Shown here: piece after piece, positions 43,927 through 55,526 of the stretch
How the letters are laid out: each line of letters opens with the position of its first letter
How positions within the stretch are numbered: position 1 is the stretch's first letter
From: Piedraia hortae CBS 480.64
Taxonomy: Eukaryota
Direction of reading: 5' to 3'
DNA length: 64,000 bases
NCBI GenBank assembly: GCA_010093745.1
Contig: MU005964.1
Coordinates: forward strand, 1 to 64,000
Notes under the pieces: generated by a model
The model's input: the letters and a program-made list of their open reading frames with translations, nothing else
Database searches by the model: none
What the model was told of the DNA's origin: nothing
Program-made: the position numbers and the translations under genes

Positions 43927-46900
43927 TGTAGGGTGAGGTCGAAAAGGGGGAGCTGATTGGTTGAACAACTGCCGGAGCTAACGGTTGATGTCTCTGTTTG
44001 GGGTTCGGCCCGCTCCGAGGTGGCATGTGAAAATGTGGTTATCGTTGATGGAGGGTTTTGACATTGGTGTGTGATGCAAGGTGTGAATGGCATGCTCGGA
44101 GGGGTGGTGTCCTCCTCTACGCCGGATTTGGGCTTTTGCAATTTTTGATGCTACGGTGGATGTAAGGCTCCCCGTTGTCAGCTTGAAGAGCGTTGGAAGT
44201 GCGAGTACATGGCGATTATGAACCGATAGCAGCCTCATTCTCCTTTCCCGCGGTCTGAGTGCAAGGCGTCTTTAAAGTTTTTACAACAGTTTTACGACTA
44301 AGACACCAACAAACAGAGACTTTCCCGACTTCGTCCAGTACATCCCATTCAACTCAACCGGACCCATGCGATCAACACCACGGCAATCGACAACTCCACC
44401 CACAACACCTTATCAAACCTCCGGTGCGCCTAGAGTTCTTTCCGCTACGCCCATGCGTCACCACTGCATGAGACCATGGCGCTGCTAGAGGAGAGGGATG
44501 CCCTTCAAGCAACAATAACGACCCTTTCGGCCCTGCGCTCCCAAAGCGTATACAAGTATCGCATGGAGGCTGCGCGAGGCTGGGGCCAGTTGCCTCTTTC
44601 AGTTTCGGGCAGTCGGGAGATGGTGCAACTTTCAGTGCCTCGGACATGGAGGATGCGGCACGACACATAAATGCCAGATTTGATACGAGTGCTACCGGCA
44701 GACGGTGCTCGTCCAAGTTCGATTACCACAAGGGAATGCGGAAGGAGTGGTGCGCTAACTTGAGCAGCATTTCCGGCTAGAGGACGGATGAGAGGGGGGT
44801 GCCGGTGAATGACTCTGACGCTGAGGATGAGGATTTTACTCGGCATCCTACAAGCCTTTCTGAAATAGCTTCCCCAAGTTCCGTGCGGAGCTGGAGGATG
44901 CCTTAGAGTTTGTCGCACCCAATGGCAGGCATGCCGCTGGGCACTGGTAGCGGCAAAGATATGTGTCAGGGAGATGGCAAGCTAGTGCCAATTATGCTGC
45001 AATGGGCGCCAGATAAACATGCGGAATATGAAGCTCTAGCCCGCATGGAGTACGAGTCGAAACGCACCGAGGCCGCCTTCCTGGTTAAGATTTTCGCCCA
45101 TGACCCTATGCGCACTGGATCCGACATCGTCATCTCATCCAAGAATCAGGTCATAAAGAAAGAAGAGAAGCGCTCCAAAGTTGGAGCCATTCCCGGGCGG
45201 CTGATACACGAATATGACTTGTCTGCTCGACTCTCCAAACGTATTGTTTCCCGAAAAGTTTTTGTCATACCGGCGGATGAGTCCTAGCGAATTCATTGAA
45301 GCCTACTGCAAAAGGTGGAGGGTTGACAACGGTGTCCATGCCTCCGACGTGACTCGCTGGGATGTTGGGTGGGCTTCCTAACTGGGTACATTCAAGGGTA
45401 CGCTGGACGTCGCTTGAATTCAAAAGTCAACACAGTGTGTCGGAGGGGTGAACCTCCGAGGACTAGAGCGGAGTGGATGTCAACGACGAAAGTTTTCACT
45501 CAACTTTTACTGAAAAAGGTGAAAATGTAATTGTCTATCTCTATGAGGTGAGGTTCGAAACCTCCCCCACACTACCTCAGTCTAACCGCATTTGCCAGGA
45601 CAACGTCAGCGAACCATGCCCTTAAGCATGAACGAGACAATGACCCGTCTCAGGGAAAACTTCCTCTATAGAGGTAAAAACCCTGAGAAGTTTCGACTTC
45701 TATCTATGGTTCTAGTCATGGTGGGTGCTACATCCTTTTGACACAGTGTGATGCAGACGATGCAAAACTCTGGAGACCGCTACACCTGGGCTTTGAACAT
45801 CTGAAGGGCTGTGGTGGTTCCTGTACAATCGTCATTAATGGCAATGATAAAGCGATGGACCGCACAGCGGTTCCTGTTTGTTTCCGGACTCTCAATTGGT
45901 GTTTAAAGATCATAATGATGACCGGTGAGAATTTTCGGGGTTCATCCTGGGCGGAACAAAATCTCAATATTCCGCCCGTGGCGTTCTCTTCCGAGCCACG
46001 ATCCTTGAGTCTCATGCATGCGACAAGTGGGTAGACTATCTGGACTTACTGCAGTACTGCGACTTGAACGACCCTGGCACTCTACATACAATGACCGCAT
46101 TGTCCATGGACCGGATAGGGTCCCATTTCCCGATTCTCCCCATCTCATAAGTACAATGGACGAACCCTCACCTGGTGTTCTCAGAAGCATACATGCATGG
46201 TGTAAATCCGAGAGCTTGGCCGCCCGAGTCAATTTTTTTCGCCGATTAGGAGACTTGATATTTTATCGGCTGCCTACATTGGGATGGGAATCCTTGCTAA
46301 GGTCCAGCTACTTGCACTATAGATAACACGTGGTGTTCTAATAAGCAGCGGCACCTCACAAGTGTGTCAGTATACACGCGTATCTAGAGCTACAGAAGAA
46401 AACTTCTGAGTACTCGAACCCTGGTCAGGGATGTGGGTCATCACCTGCGGATCGCTCAGGGGCTACCTGCACAACACGTGGCACCCCCATGTCCTTAAAA
46501 CCGGTAAACAGAAGATTTGACTGCTCATTTGGCGAAAGCTTGCCAAACCATTGAACGGTTTTGCAAAGGCACAGCAGGATGACACTACCCTTGTCCGATT
46601 GAACAGCATTGAGTTGGATAATGCGTTTTCTTCTCGCTGTCGGCCTTTATCCGTAGTTATCGCACTGCTTACGTGACTGATACTCAAGTGTCCCGGCATC
46701 AAGGGATAGGAAGCTGGCGTCGATAGCAGTTCCTATCATACGTAAATGAACATGACGTCGTGAGATACATACTCCGCAAAAGGGACGGACCCAGGTTCGA
46801 AGTGATTGTCTCGTTTGATGGTATTGGGCAGCTGAGACACTGTATGGTGGTGCTAATGGTATTATTTTTTCTATCTCCGATGAGGGCCCTCCAGATCCAT

Positions 46901-47716
46901 TATGGATCGGGAGTATGCACGGCTTATTTCTCTGTGTAACCTTGTGGCGTTACACCACATTCCCCCTCAGACGTCATTGCCAAGCTACACGCAGATGGAC
47001 TCATGGGCGTCTGTACCGGGCACGCCGGATGGATCAGGTCGATGGGACGACCATGGCTTGACCGAGGGAGGTATAGATCCCGACCGGATTGTGGAAGCGT
47101 TTTCAGTGCCTATGTCTTACGTGCGGATTCTTGGATTAGTATTCTATTCACACTATTGAGTCTTTCGCAACTGTGGCAAAATGTGAGATGCGAGTTTTCT
47201 GGCAGAATATGTGAAAGTGCGTGCCTAAATGCTTTGATGGGACCAGATGACTGTGAAATAAGACTCTGTGTGGTTTGCGTCTACCAGTCTGTCGTATGGG
47301 TTAGCAATTGCGAGGTCGACATGTTAATGGTTTTGCATTTTGGTCAGTGAGTCCATGTTTGAACTTACAAGATTATGAAGCGAAAGTCTGCAATTGAAAT
47401 CCTGTATCTTGGCAGCCTCGAGCAAAGTAAAAGAACAGGGATCGAGAGATTTTAATTTCCATGTTGGGATAGCTTTTTGGTATTCAAAGTCTGGCTGATG
47501 TACGAAAGACAGGTACAGCACATGGTGGACACTAGATACAGCGGGTTTCTCCCAATAACGAACTGTCAGCACCCCCAATTGGTAATCCTTTAGGTACCAT
47601 GATACTGCTGATCCCATATGATGTTCCACCCAGATCAATCCGCAGTGTCTTTCGGACTGACTTATCACGCAAGGGAACGTCTACTGGTTGCTTCATCCAG
47701 TGAATGGGCTACTCCA

Positions 47717-49126
47717 TTAAATAGCCCTCTTCTCCTTGACATACTTCGCCGGCACAAATGGCATTTTAGTTACAATAGCAGGCCGCCTACGACCTCGCAC
47801 GACAACTTCAAGCTCTGTGCCAGCTTTATGCAGTCCATCACGCACATATGCCATTGCAATATTCTTTCGCAGCGAAGGGCTGGGACACCCGGACGTTACA
47901 TTGCCGACTGTTTCACCCGAGGAGTCTACGATCTGTGCGCCTTCTCGCGCAGGCGCACCTTGAACGACCAGACCACAACGTCGTCGGGTAACGCCTTGTC
48001 CGCCTTTTGATTTAGGCGTTAGTTGGGACAGAATGGTTTCATGGCCGTAAAATTTGGCCCCTACGCCACGGCGTGATTTGGGGATTATCCAGGCTAGGGC
48101 TGCTTCGACTAGCGTGATGCTGTCGTCTATGTCGTTGCCGTAAAGGCACATGCCGGCTTCCAGACGGAGGCTGTCGCGCGCTCCTAGGCCAGCTAGGCGC
48201 ACCCGGTCCTTGCCGCCTTGAGCCAAAAGTGCTTCGGTAACGGCGACGGTTTGGGATGGATGGATAGACAGTTCGAAGCCATCTTCGCCCGTGTATCCAC
48301 CTCGTGTGGCTACAATCGGCAGGCTCTCGCCAGTCGGGAGAGCAAGAGTGATGTGCTTTACGAACCCAAAGTACCAAGTGTTGAGGTCTACTTTACACTC
48401 TTTGGATAATAATGAGCCGAGGATCTCGTGAGACAAGGGACCTTGTAGAGCTATGAGGCCAAAAGGTTCACCGTTTGCTTCCAAATGCTGGAGTTGAACA
48501 CCTGCGTTTCCACCATTGTGCCATTCGTTGAGGGCAGCGACAAGATAGTTGTAATCTTTTGCCCGACAGCCGGCATTCAGCACGATGTAGAATCGTGGAT
48601 TAGATCCCCCTTCCAAACGGGTAATTATGCAATCATCTTCGATGCCACCTGTTTTGGGGTGAAGCAGAGCTGATAGTGTATTTTGCCCTACTTTTAGGCC
48701 CTGAACGCCAGAAGGTGTGATCAGTTCAAGAAAGGCCTCCGCACCAGGGCCTTCAAGGTGATATTGAACCATGTGGCCCACATCAAATATGGAAGCCTTT
48801 TCACGCGTCCAAACGTGGCTATCACCCACGGGAAGGTCCGAGTATTGTACGGGCATGGTGTAACCCCCGAAGGGCACCATTTTCGCACCATAACGAAGAT
48901 GGAGGTCATAGAGAGCCGTTTTACCGGGGTTTTCTGCCGTGTACAACGTGGGCGCGGGTTTGACGTAATCGCTTACGGTGCTCTGAGCACGCCTTTGAAC
49001 AACCGCTCGACGACATAGGCGCAACGGAGTGGCGCAGTGAAAAGTAGTGCCATTTGCATGCGCCAGTGACGGGCGCGCGAGAGCCCTAACAGGGCGCAGA
49101 ACGCGAACGACGGCCCTGTTTGACAT
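47717..49126 (-). CDS. GCV1: Glycine cleavage system T protein (aminomethyltransferase)
   Basis: KTALYDLH..MVPFGGYTMPVQY, RGGYTGEDGFELS, GLGARDSLRLEAGMCLYG, VTKMPFVP; mitochondrial presequence. Confidence 0.97.
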   Translation of the reverse strand: MSNRAVVRVLRPVRALARPSLAHANGTTFHCATPLRLCRRAVVQRRAQSTVSDYVKPAPTLYTAENPGKTALYDLHLRYGAKMVPFGGYTMPVQYSDLPVGDSHVWTREKASIFDVGHMVQYHLEGPGAEAFLELITPSGVQGLKVGQNTLSALLHPKTGGIEDDCIITRLEGGSNPRFYIVLNAGCRAKDYNYLVAALNEWHNGGNAGVQLQHLEANGEPFGLIALQGPLSHEILGSLLSKECKVDLNTWYFGFVKHITLALPTGESLPIVATRGGYTGEDGFELSIHPSQTVAVTEALLAQGGKDRVRLAGLGARDSLRLEAGMCLYGNDIDDSITLVEAALAWIIPKSRRGVGAKFYGHETILSQLTPKSKGGQGVTRRRCGLVVQGAPAREGAQIVDSSGETVGNVTSGCPSPSLRKNIAMAYVRDGLHKAGTELEVVVRGRRRPAIVTKMPFVPAKYVKEKRAI

Positions 49127-49144
49127 TTTGGGTATCGGAAGGAT

Positions 49145-49215
49145 TGCCCCGCTCTAGAGGTGAGGTTGGTATACTGCCCCCGCCCTACAGGTGAGGTTGG
49201 GTACTGACCCCGGCC
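49145..49215. repeat. About 30-bp imperfect tandem repeat (roughly 2.3 copies) in the GCV1/VMA5 divergent promoter
   Basis: TGCCCCGCTCTAGAGGTGAGGTTGGTATAC / TGCCCCCGCCCTACAGGTGAGGTTGGGTAC / TGACCCCGGCC. Confidence 0.8.
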
Positions 49216-49317
49216 GTTTAGCACCGCATCTGCTGGCTGACCCCACAGCGACCGCAGCGCACCCCCCTTAGAGCGCCGCCCCGGAAAACGTTGGCCCCCG
49301 ATTCACCTCCATTCACA

Positions 49318-50478
49318 ATGCCCGGGATCTATTTCTTGGTCTCGTTGCCAACGTCGATAACAAAATCAAACGATGCCGAAGACGCATTTGAGACGCTGCG
49401 TTCGGCCGTGCCGTCCGGAGATGGCGACCTGCGGCCGTTTCAGATCCCCGAGTTCAAGATTGGTACATTGGAGGCGCTGATACAGCAGGCCGACGACTTG
49501 GCGAAGCTGGAAAACGGCTGCCGGGCAGTTGTGGACAAGGTGGGAGAGCTACTGCGGGGCCTCCTGGAGGGCGACGAGGAGAAGCTGAACGAGCAAAAGG
49601 TGGTCAACGACAAGCCAGTAGACCACTATATACAGAACTTTCAGTGGAACAAGGTCAAGTACCGCATTGACGCACCCGTGGCGAGCCTTGCAGACACGCT
49701 GCAGAAGGAGTTGGCAGCGGTGGAAGGGGACGTCAAGGCCAAGTTCAACCAGTACAATCAGACACGGACATCATTGGCTCAGGCACAGCGAAACACAACG
49801 GGTAATCTCTCCCAAAAGTCTCTCACCACCGTCGTCAATCCGGAGAGGCTACTACTGCCTGACCAGTCCGAGTATCTCCAACAACACCTCATAGCCGTGC
49901 CAAACTCTGCCACCAAGGAGTTTCTCAAGTCTTACGAGACCCTTGTTCCCATGGTCGTGCCCCGCAGCGCAACGATGCTCGCCAAGGACAGCGAGTTTCA
50001 GCTGTGGGCCGTGACCGTGTTCAAGAAGCACAGCGCAGAGTTTTTACACAAGTGCAGAGAGCACCGCTGGGTGCCGCGGGAGATGAACTTCAAAGAGGGC
50101 GGACGGGAAGCCGAAGAACAGGAGCTGCAGCAGCTGCAAAAGGACGAGCGAAAGGTCTGGGGTGAAGCACTGCGACTCGGACGCGCCGGGTACAGTGATG
50201 CCGCCATGGCATGGATGCATGTCCTGGCGCTACGCGTCTTCGTAGAGACGGTGTTGCGCTACGGTTTGCCGCTCTCATATATTAGTGGCGTAATTTCGAC
50301 AGATGCAAAGAAGTCGAAGAAAGTGAAGAATAACCTTGACGCGCGTTTCTCAGGCGTAGAGGGCAAGGAGATCAAGGGCAAAGCCAAGGACGAGAGCAAC
50401 ATGGTACAGGAAATGGCCGGTTTGGGCCTCGATCACGGCTACGAGCCCTATGTGTTTTACCAGTTGGAGATTCAATAG
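49318..50478 (+). CDS. VMA5: V-ATPase V1 subunit C
   Basis: IPEFKIGTLEAL, FQWNKVKY, YETLVPMVVPRS, LRVFVETVLRYGLP, YEPYVFY. Confidence 0.96.
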   Translation: MPGIYFLVSLPTSITKSNDAEDAFETLRSAVPSGDGDLRPFQIPEFKIGTLEALIQQADDLAKLENGCRAVVDKVGELLRGLLEGDEEKLNEQKVVNDKPVDHYIQNFQWNKVKYRIDAPVASLADTLQKELAAVEGDVKAKFNQYNQTRTSLAQAQRNTTGNLSQKSLTTVVNPERLLLPDQSEYLQQHLIAVPNSATKEFLKSYETLVPMVVPRSATMLAKDSEFQLWAVTVFKKHSAEFLHKCREHRWVPREMNFKEGGREAEEQELQQLQKDERKVWGEALRLGRAGYSDAAMAWMHVLALRVFVETVLRYGLPLSYISGVISTDAKKSKKVKNNLDARFSGVEGKEIKGKAKDESNMVQEMAGLGLDHGYEPYVFYQLEIQ

Positions 50479-51036
50479 ATTTTAGAGTGTCTGTAATGCA
50501 TGACTCAGCTTACCAACTCTGTCGCTTCAGCCTTGCGCTAGATTGATGCCCAATGCAGAACGGTGGCGTATGTGGGGCCGAGCCGTTCAGCAGACTCGTA
50601 CGGTAGCGCAAGGCGGCCAGCGCCTAGATCACAGTCACTTCAGATCAACCAAGAACCGTGGTGCTGTTGAGTCATGAAATATGGTACTTTTATAGCGCCA
50701 CTTACACATTAGCTTTTCTACAAGGCCACCAAGCATGATAACGTTCGAAAATGTACATACATTCCCAGAGACATGAACTGACCCGACTGTGTGGCGTCTC
50801 TAGCCAATCATCAAGGGTTTTGTTAGTCAAGCGACCCAGACAATCGAATCCTTATCTAGAATTACCCAGAACAGAAGCTTAGCGCGCGCTACAAGACAGT
50901 CTCGCTAACGCGCGCATGTTGCATACAAGAGATTTCAGCCTTGTTTACGCCTTGACCCCTCATTGAAGGCAACACAGATCATATTTGACTTCTTGATTCG
51001 CTTTTCCATCTTTCTTTAACCTCTTCTCTTTTTCAA

Positions 51037-52392
51037 ATGCGTCCATTCGCTCACGCCCATTACGGTGACGAAGATGAATACGACTACCACCGTCGTCCAC
51101 GCCATCGACAAGCCTTCGTGCGTCAACATCAGGAGCTGTCGCCCAGCCCAGGCCCACATCCCTACGTAAAGATTCACTTGAAACAGACGGAACCGGCTTC
51201 TCCTGCTGCACCTCCAGTTGTGCCAATGGCTCCACCTGGGTGGCAAGCTCCAGCGGGGCCACAAATGCTGCATCCGTTCCAGCCAGCTCCCTTTGTCCCC
51301 GTTTTCTATTCACCTGAACGACGTGACAGTTCACAGCACAGTATTGAGGCCCGTTTACAAGCCTTGGAGCTCAGGGCCCGACCACGCGGCCAGTCAGAGG
51401 GTGCAAATGAGCATACACGATTGCGGCTCAAGCAGTTGGAGCACGAAAAGGAAATGGACGCCGCGAAACGTGTAATGCAACTAGAATGGCAACAGGAAAA
51501 GTCTGCCCAGGAGAAAGCTGCGCAGGAGGCTGAGGAAGCCAGGAAGAAAGCCATCGCCGACCATGAGTCGAAAATGCGTGAAGAGGCGCAGAAGAGAAAG
51601 AAAGAAATGGACGACCTAATGCAACAAATTTCGTCGGAGAGAAAGGAGGCTGATGAAAAGGCAAGAGAGGCGGAGGATGCCTTGCGAGAAAAGATTGAGC
51701 GCGATAACAAGGACGCCAAGGAAAGAGAAATGGCTCAGGAACGGGAAGTACTGGAGAGGCTCGAGAGGCGGAAGCGGGAGGCCAAGGAAAAGGAAGATGA
51801 ACTCCGTAGGAAGATTGAGTCTGAAAGGAAACAGGAGGAAATCAAGAAAGAGGAAGAGTGGAAAGCTCTTTGCAAAACGTACGAAGCAAAGAAAGCAGAG
51901 GAGAGGTTGGAAAAGGAGAAGGAGGAAAAGGAGATGAAAGACCGGCTACGATCACATCTGTTACGTGCCGAATTCCCAGATGATGAAATCGAAAACATTC
52001 TAGCCGCCGATGGCAGCAAGAAGAAGGAAAAGCGGTCCAGTCGCAGCCGCAGCCGCGGTTGCCATGGGCATCATCGTCGTGCATCCGCCCCCGTCATGAT
52101 CTATCACAGAGTCCACCGTAACCACATCTCTGCCGACACCCTTACTGCATTCCACATTGAGTATGATTATGACCCGGACGACACAAACTACCTCCTTGTA
52201 TACCGCGACATCAACAAAAAGGAGCAGAGAGATCTCTTCGAACACACACGACGACTTCACGTCAAGCTTAAGAGAAACTTGCACGTCCCTGCAGCGGATG
52301 TAGGCCCCCGACTTGCCTTTTACCGCGAACGATCAAGGAGCAAGAGCAGAGGCAAAGTAGACATTCGCCATGGGATCATACGTCTCCGATGA
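51037..52392 (+). CDS. Coiled-coil protein with a conserved fungal C-terminal domain (DUF8035-like)
   Basis: Long E/K/R coiled coil followed by YHRVHRNHISADTL..DPDDTNYLLV..EQRDLFEHTRRL. Domain name is from recall. Confidence 0.8.
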   Translation: MRPFAHAHYGDEDEYDYHRRPRHRQAFVRQHQELSPSPGPHPYVKIHLKQTEPASPAAPPVVPMAPPGWQAPAGPQMLHPFQPAPFVPVFYSPERRDSSQHSIEARLQALELRARPRGQSEGANEHTRLRLKQLEHEKEMDAAKRVMQLEWQQEKSAQEKAAQEAEEARKKAIADHESKMREEAQKRKKEMDDLMQQISSERKEADEKAREAEDALREKIERDNKDAKEREMAQEREVLERLERRKREAKEKEDELRRKIESERKQEEIKKEEEWKALCKTYEAKKAEERLEKEKEEKEMKDRLRSHLLRAEFPDDEIENILAADGSKKKEKRSSRSRSRGCHGHHRRASAPVMIYHRVHRNHISADTLTAFHIEYDYDPDDTNYLLVYRDINKKEQRDLFEHTRRLHVKLKRNLHVPAADVGPRLAFYRERSRSKSRGKVDIRHGIIRLR

Positions 52393-52764
52393 TTGGGTGA
52401 TTGTGATTCAGTTTCGACAACCTGTCAGTGTCCTAATTATCTAGCTAGTCCATGGCACTGTACGTATGGCTTATGACTGCTTTCTCTAGGAGCAACCTGG
52501 CGCTTCTCCACGGACAGTTAACACTGCCCACCTTCAACTGTCTTCAAAATGTGTTGCAAGGGTCATTGTTGGCGTGGAAGACATGGGCAAAGTGAAACTA
52601 AACAAATACTCAACTATGTCAAGACACAAAGACTTGGCATGACTACTTTATACCCCATATCTGGCAAACCATGAACCTTAACCACTTCGAGCGGCGATCA
52701 TTGCCCAAAGCGGTTAGCGTCGCAGGCCTCTCATCCAACTCGCCGCAAAGATCGCCACCGTGTA

Positions 52765-54144
52765 ATGACAGCACCGGTACCCAAGAATTCTATACCCTCG
52801 TTATCCGTTCCTCCGACCCGGACTACCGCGCCTGTGCTCGAATTCAACTGTTTGTATACCCATGATATCCGCAGAAAATCAAAGCGATGGCAAGATGGAT
52901 TTCTCCGTTATCACACATTCAACAAGCGGGTTATGGTCTACGATGTTTCGCGCAATTACATAGGTGACTGTCATTGGTCGGATGAGCATGATGTAGCCGA
53001 GGGTGATGAGCTCACTCTGGATGACCCGCCCGTCTTGGTGGAAGTGATGGAGGCAAAAGGCAAGACGGAAACGGATCTTACGGACCTGCGAGCTGCAGTG
53101 CGGAAGACTCCAGTTCGTCCTATTGCGGCCTGTCCGGATACTGTGCGGTCTAGTACGGTAGCCCCGCTTAAAGCTAGGAGTCTGCCGTCTGTTGCTCCGG
53201 CTAAACATAAGAGCTTGGATGCACTACTGGGAGTACGAAGGGGGCCTACTGGGAAGGCAGTCTTACCGATCAACTCGCCGTTCGAAGACAGAGTTGCTCA
53301 GCAGAGGGCAATCACCGTCTCCTCATCGCCTGATCTCCAGGAAGTCTCGGCTCCTCAGAGACCGGCAGCGCAGCATGTTCCAAAGAATCGCAAATCCCGC
53401 CTAGAACAATCTCAGCCCCTGAGATTCGCAGAAGCACTACTCCCTCGCCCAAGCAAGACAGCAACACTGCCCTCAAAGCCAGTACGGCCTATCCTCCGAG
53501 AACCCCAACAACCACCCAACATCACAGAGTCCGTCCCATCTCGTCCTCAACGCAAAACAGGGACCCTACACATCGCCTCTACTTCAAAGCCCAAGGTCCT
53601 CCTCTGTCAAAGCCAACTTAAAACCACCACACCCACTAAGCAAACCGATGCGGAAGGTCAAACACCCCAACGCGCCAAAACCCAGCGCGAGCTACTGGAA
53701 GAACGGCGAAAGAGAGTCAGAGCAAGGGAAGGTCAGTCGCCTGTCAAACGTGCTGAAATGCAGCAGAAGGAGAGCGGTAAGCAAACGGTGCAGTGCCCTG
53801 TGCAGCCTGCTGATGCTGCCCCCGCTCGTGTTGGTGATGATGGCAGTGGCGGCGACGGTGGTGGTGGTGGTGGTGGTGGTGGTGGTGGTTGTGTTGCTAC
53901 TGCTGCTGCTACTGCTACTGCAGTGCCTGCTGCCCCACTTGCTCAATATCCTGCCCCGCCTGCTGCCGCTCCACGTCTCGCCCTCTCCAGACCAGAAATC
54001 GTCCCCCTTCCCCCTCGCAGAAAGAATACAAGGGAAGCCGTTGCTCCACGCACGGATCCGTGGAGTAGAGAAGCATATGACCTCTTTGAGTGGAGGCCGC
54101 CGGGTTGGGATGAGGAGGGTTGGTGTATTAAACCGGGGTATTGA
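52765..54144 (+). CDS. DUF2439 (ZGRF1/Mte1/Dbl2-like N-terminal domain) protein
   Basis: EFNCLYTHDIRRKSKRWQDGFLRYHTFNKRVMVYD; C-terminal PWSREAYDLFEWRPP; internal (GGT)n and GCT/ACT repeats at about 53857-53920. Confidence 0.85.
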   Translation: MTAPVPKNSIPSLSVPPTRTTAPVLEFNCLYTHDIRRKSKRWQDGFLRYHTFNKRVMVYDVSRNYIGDCHWSDEHDVAEGDELTLDDPPVLVEVMEAKGKTETDLTDLRAAVRKTPVRPIAACPDTVRSSTVAPLKARSLPSVAPAKHKSLDALLGVRRGPTGKAVLPINSPFEDRVAQQRAITVSSSPDLQEVSAPQRPAAQHVPKNRKSRLEQSQPLRFAEALLPRPSKTATLPSKPVRPILREPQQPPNITESVPSRPQRKTGTLHIASTSKPKVLLCQSQLKTTTPTKQTDAEGQTPQRAKTQRELLEERRKRVRAREGQSPVKRAEMQQKESGKQTVQCPVQPADAAPARVGDDGSGGDGGGGGGGGGGGCVATAAATATAVPAAPLAQYPAPPAAAPRLALSRPEIVPLPPRRKNTREAVAPRTDPWSREAYDLFEWRPPGWDEEGWCIKPGY

Positions 54145-55310
54145 ATCCGTAGATATGTGTGATGAGATTATGGGATGATGTCTACGTTTTACGGCTTGTA
54201 CAAATAGTTGTGGAAATGTGTCAGGACTCAGGGCCTACGTCATGCGGAAGGGCCCGGTCCTCCCACGGCCCGAGCCTAGTGGCCCCACTCTGCGACACAT
54301 ACTCAGGCGGCACTGAATTTTCTCTTCTCATCTTCATGCGTTGTTCTTTGTCTACATAGGGTCTACGCAGTCCTCTCGTCCATAGCCCATTGCTTTGAGC
54401 CCCTTGCCCTTGTTTCTCATCGATCTCTCGGCCCGACCCCTCGTCCTTAACCTCGTGTCGTGACAAAACGTCTTGCTCATGTGCTACTCGCTTCCGTGAA
54501 GCTGAGGTTTTTCTCCTGAAACTCGCGCTCTGGGACACGACATTGGTGGAGATTTGCGTATGGCGGCTATTAATCAATTAGCCAAAATACAAGTCCCCGA
54601 GCGCTCTGCGTTACCAGGGCTCTCTCGCCATCCTGTTCATCAGAGGTGCATTCTGATACGATAGGCGACCTCAGCTCTCCACCGCCCTTCGCCCACAAAC
54701 AAAATACCGATTTTTGAATCACCGAATTCCAACCGATCGGAACGAGGGACACTCTTTCCTAAGGTCGACAAGCTCAAGTCCTGGACTGGAGCAGGTCCTC
54801 AACCGAACGAAGACCTGTCAAGTGAGCAATTTGCTTCCCTTAAGGAAAAAATCCCCACCTCTTCTCAACCCTCGCCAAACGCAGATTCAGGCCCGGAGGG
54901 GTTGGACTGCCGGGAGAGCAGATTATGGCTGGAAAAACCTCTCATACACCCTTGACCTTGAAGTGGTCGATGACAATTATCCACAGCGCCGCCCGAGCCG
55001 GTGTTTGTTTGGCCTTCTCGTTCTGTGGGAGTATTCTTGCGACATTATCACCCGTTCGATCTTGGAATGCGATTTCTGGGCACGGAATGTTGACGTTACC
55101 GAGAAATGCGAAAGTTGGTGCATGATGCTAACGGGTTCGACAACCATGATATGGAACGTGCAGTCGACGGTTAGTGGAGCGGATGTGGCGATGGCACCGG
55201 TACTATAGTACCAACCGAACAAGGTTGTGTGACGGTGTACAGCACCGAGACTGGGGCGAGCATCTCTAACGAGGGGGGAGGCGGTGAGCGGCACGAGGGG
55301 AAAGGGGAAG

Positions 55311-55526
55311 GGAGGAGAGAAGGGAAAGGAGGAGAGAAGGGAAAGGAGGAGAGAAGGGAAAGGAGGAGAGAAGGGAAAGGAGGAGAGAAGGGAAAGGAGG
55401 AGAGANNNNNNNNNNGGAGGAGAGAAGGGAAAGGAGGAGAGAAGGGAAAGGAGGAGAGAAGGGAAAGGAGGAGAGAAGGGAAAGGAGGAGAGAAGGGAAA
55501 GGAGGAGAGAAGGGAAAGGAGGAGAG
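55311..55526 (+). repeat. 17-bp all-purine minisatellite (GGAGGAGAGAAGGGAAA)n spanning an assembly gap
   Basis: About 12 visible perfect copies, with 10 N at 55406-55415. Confidence 0.97.

Noticed and set aside
45549..45570. GAGGTTCGAAACCTC hairpin resembling a tRNA T-arm
   Set aside because: No matching acceptor, D or anticodon arms upstream.
14406..49126. A sulfur/one-carbon gene cluster (SAH1, MET14, GCV1) or a peroxin cluster (PEX20, PEX4)
   Set aside because: The genes are far apart and interleaved with unrelated housekeeping genes; consistent with chance.
55311..55526. Possible CRISPR array or telomeric repeat
   Set aside because: No spacers, eukaryotic context, internal position, and the unit is not TTAGGG-like.
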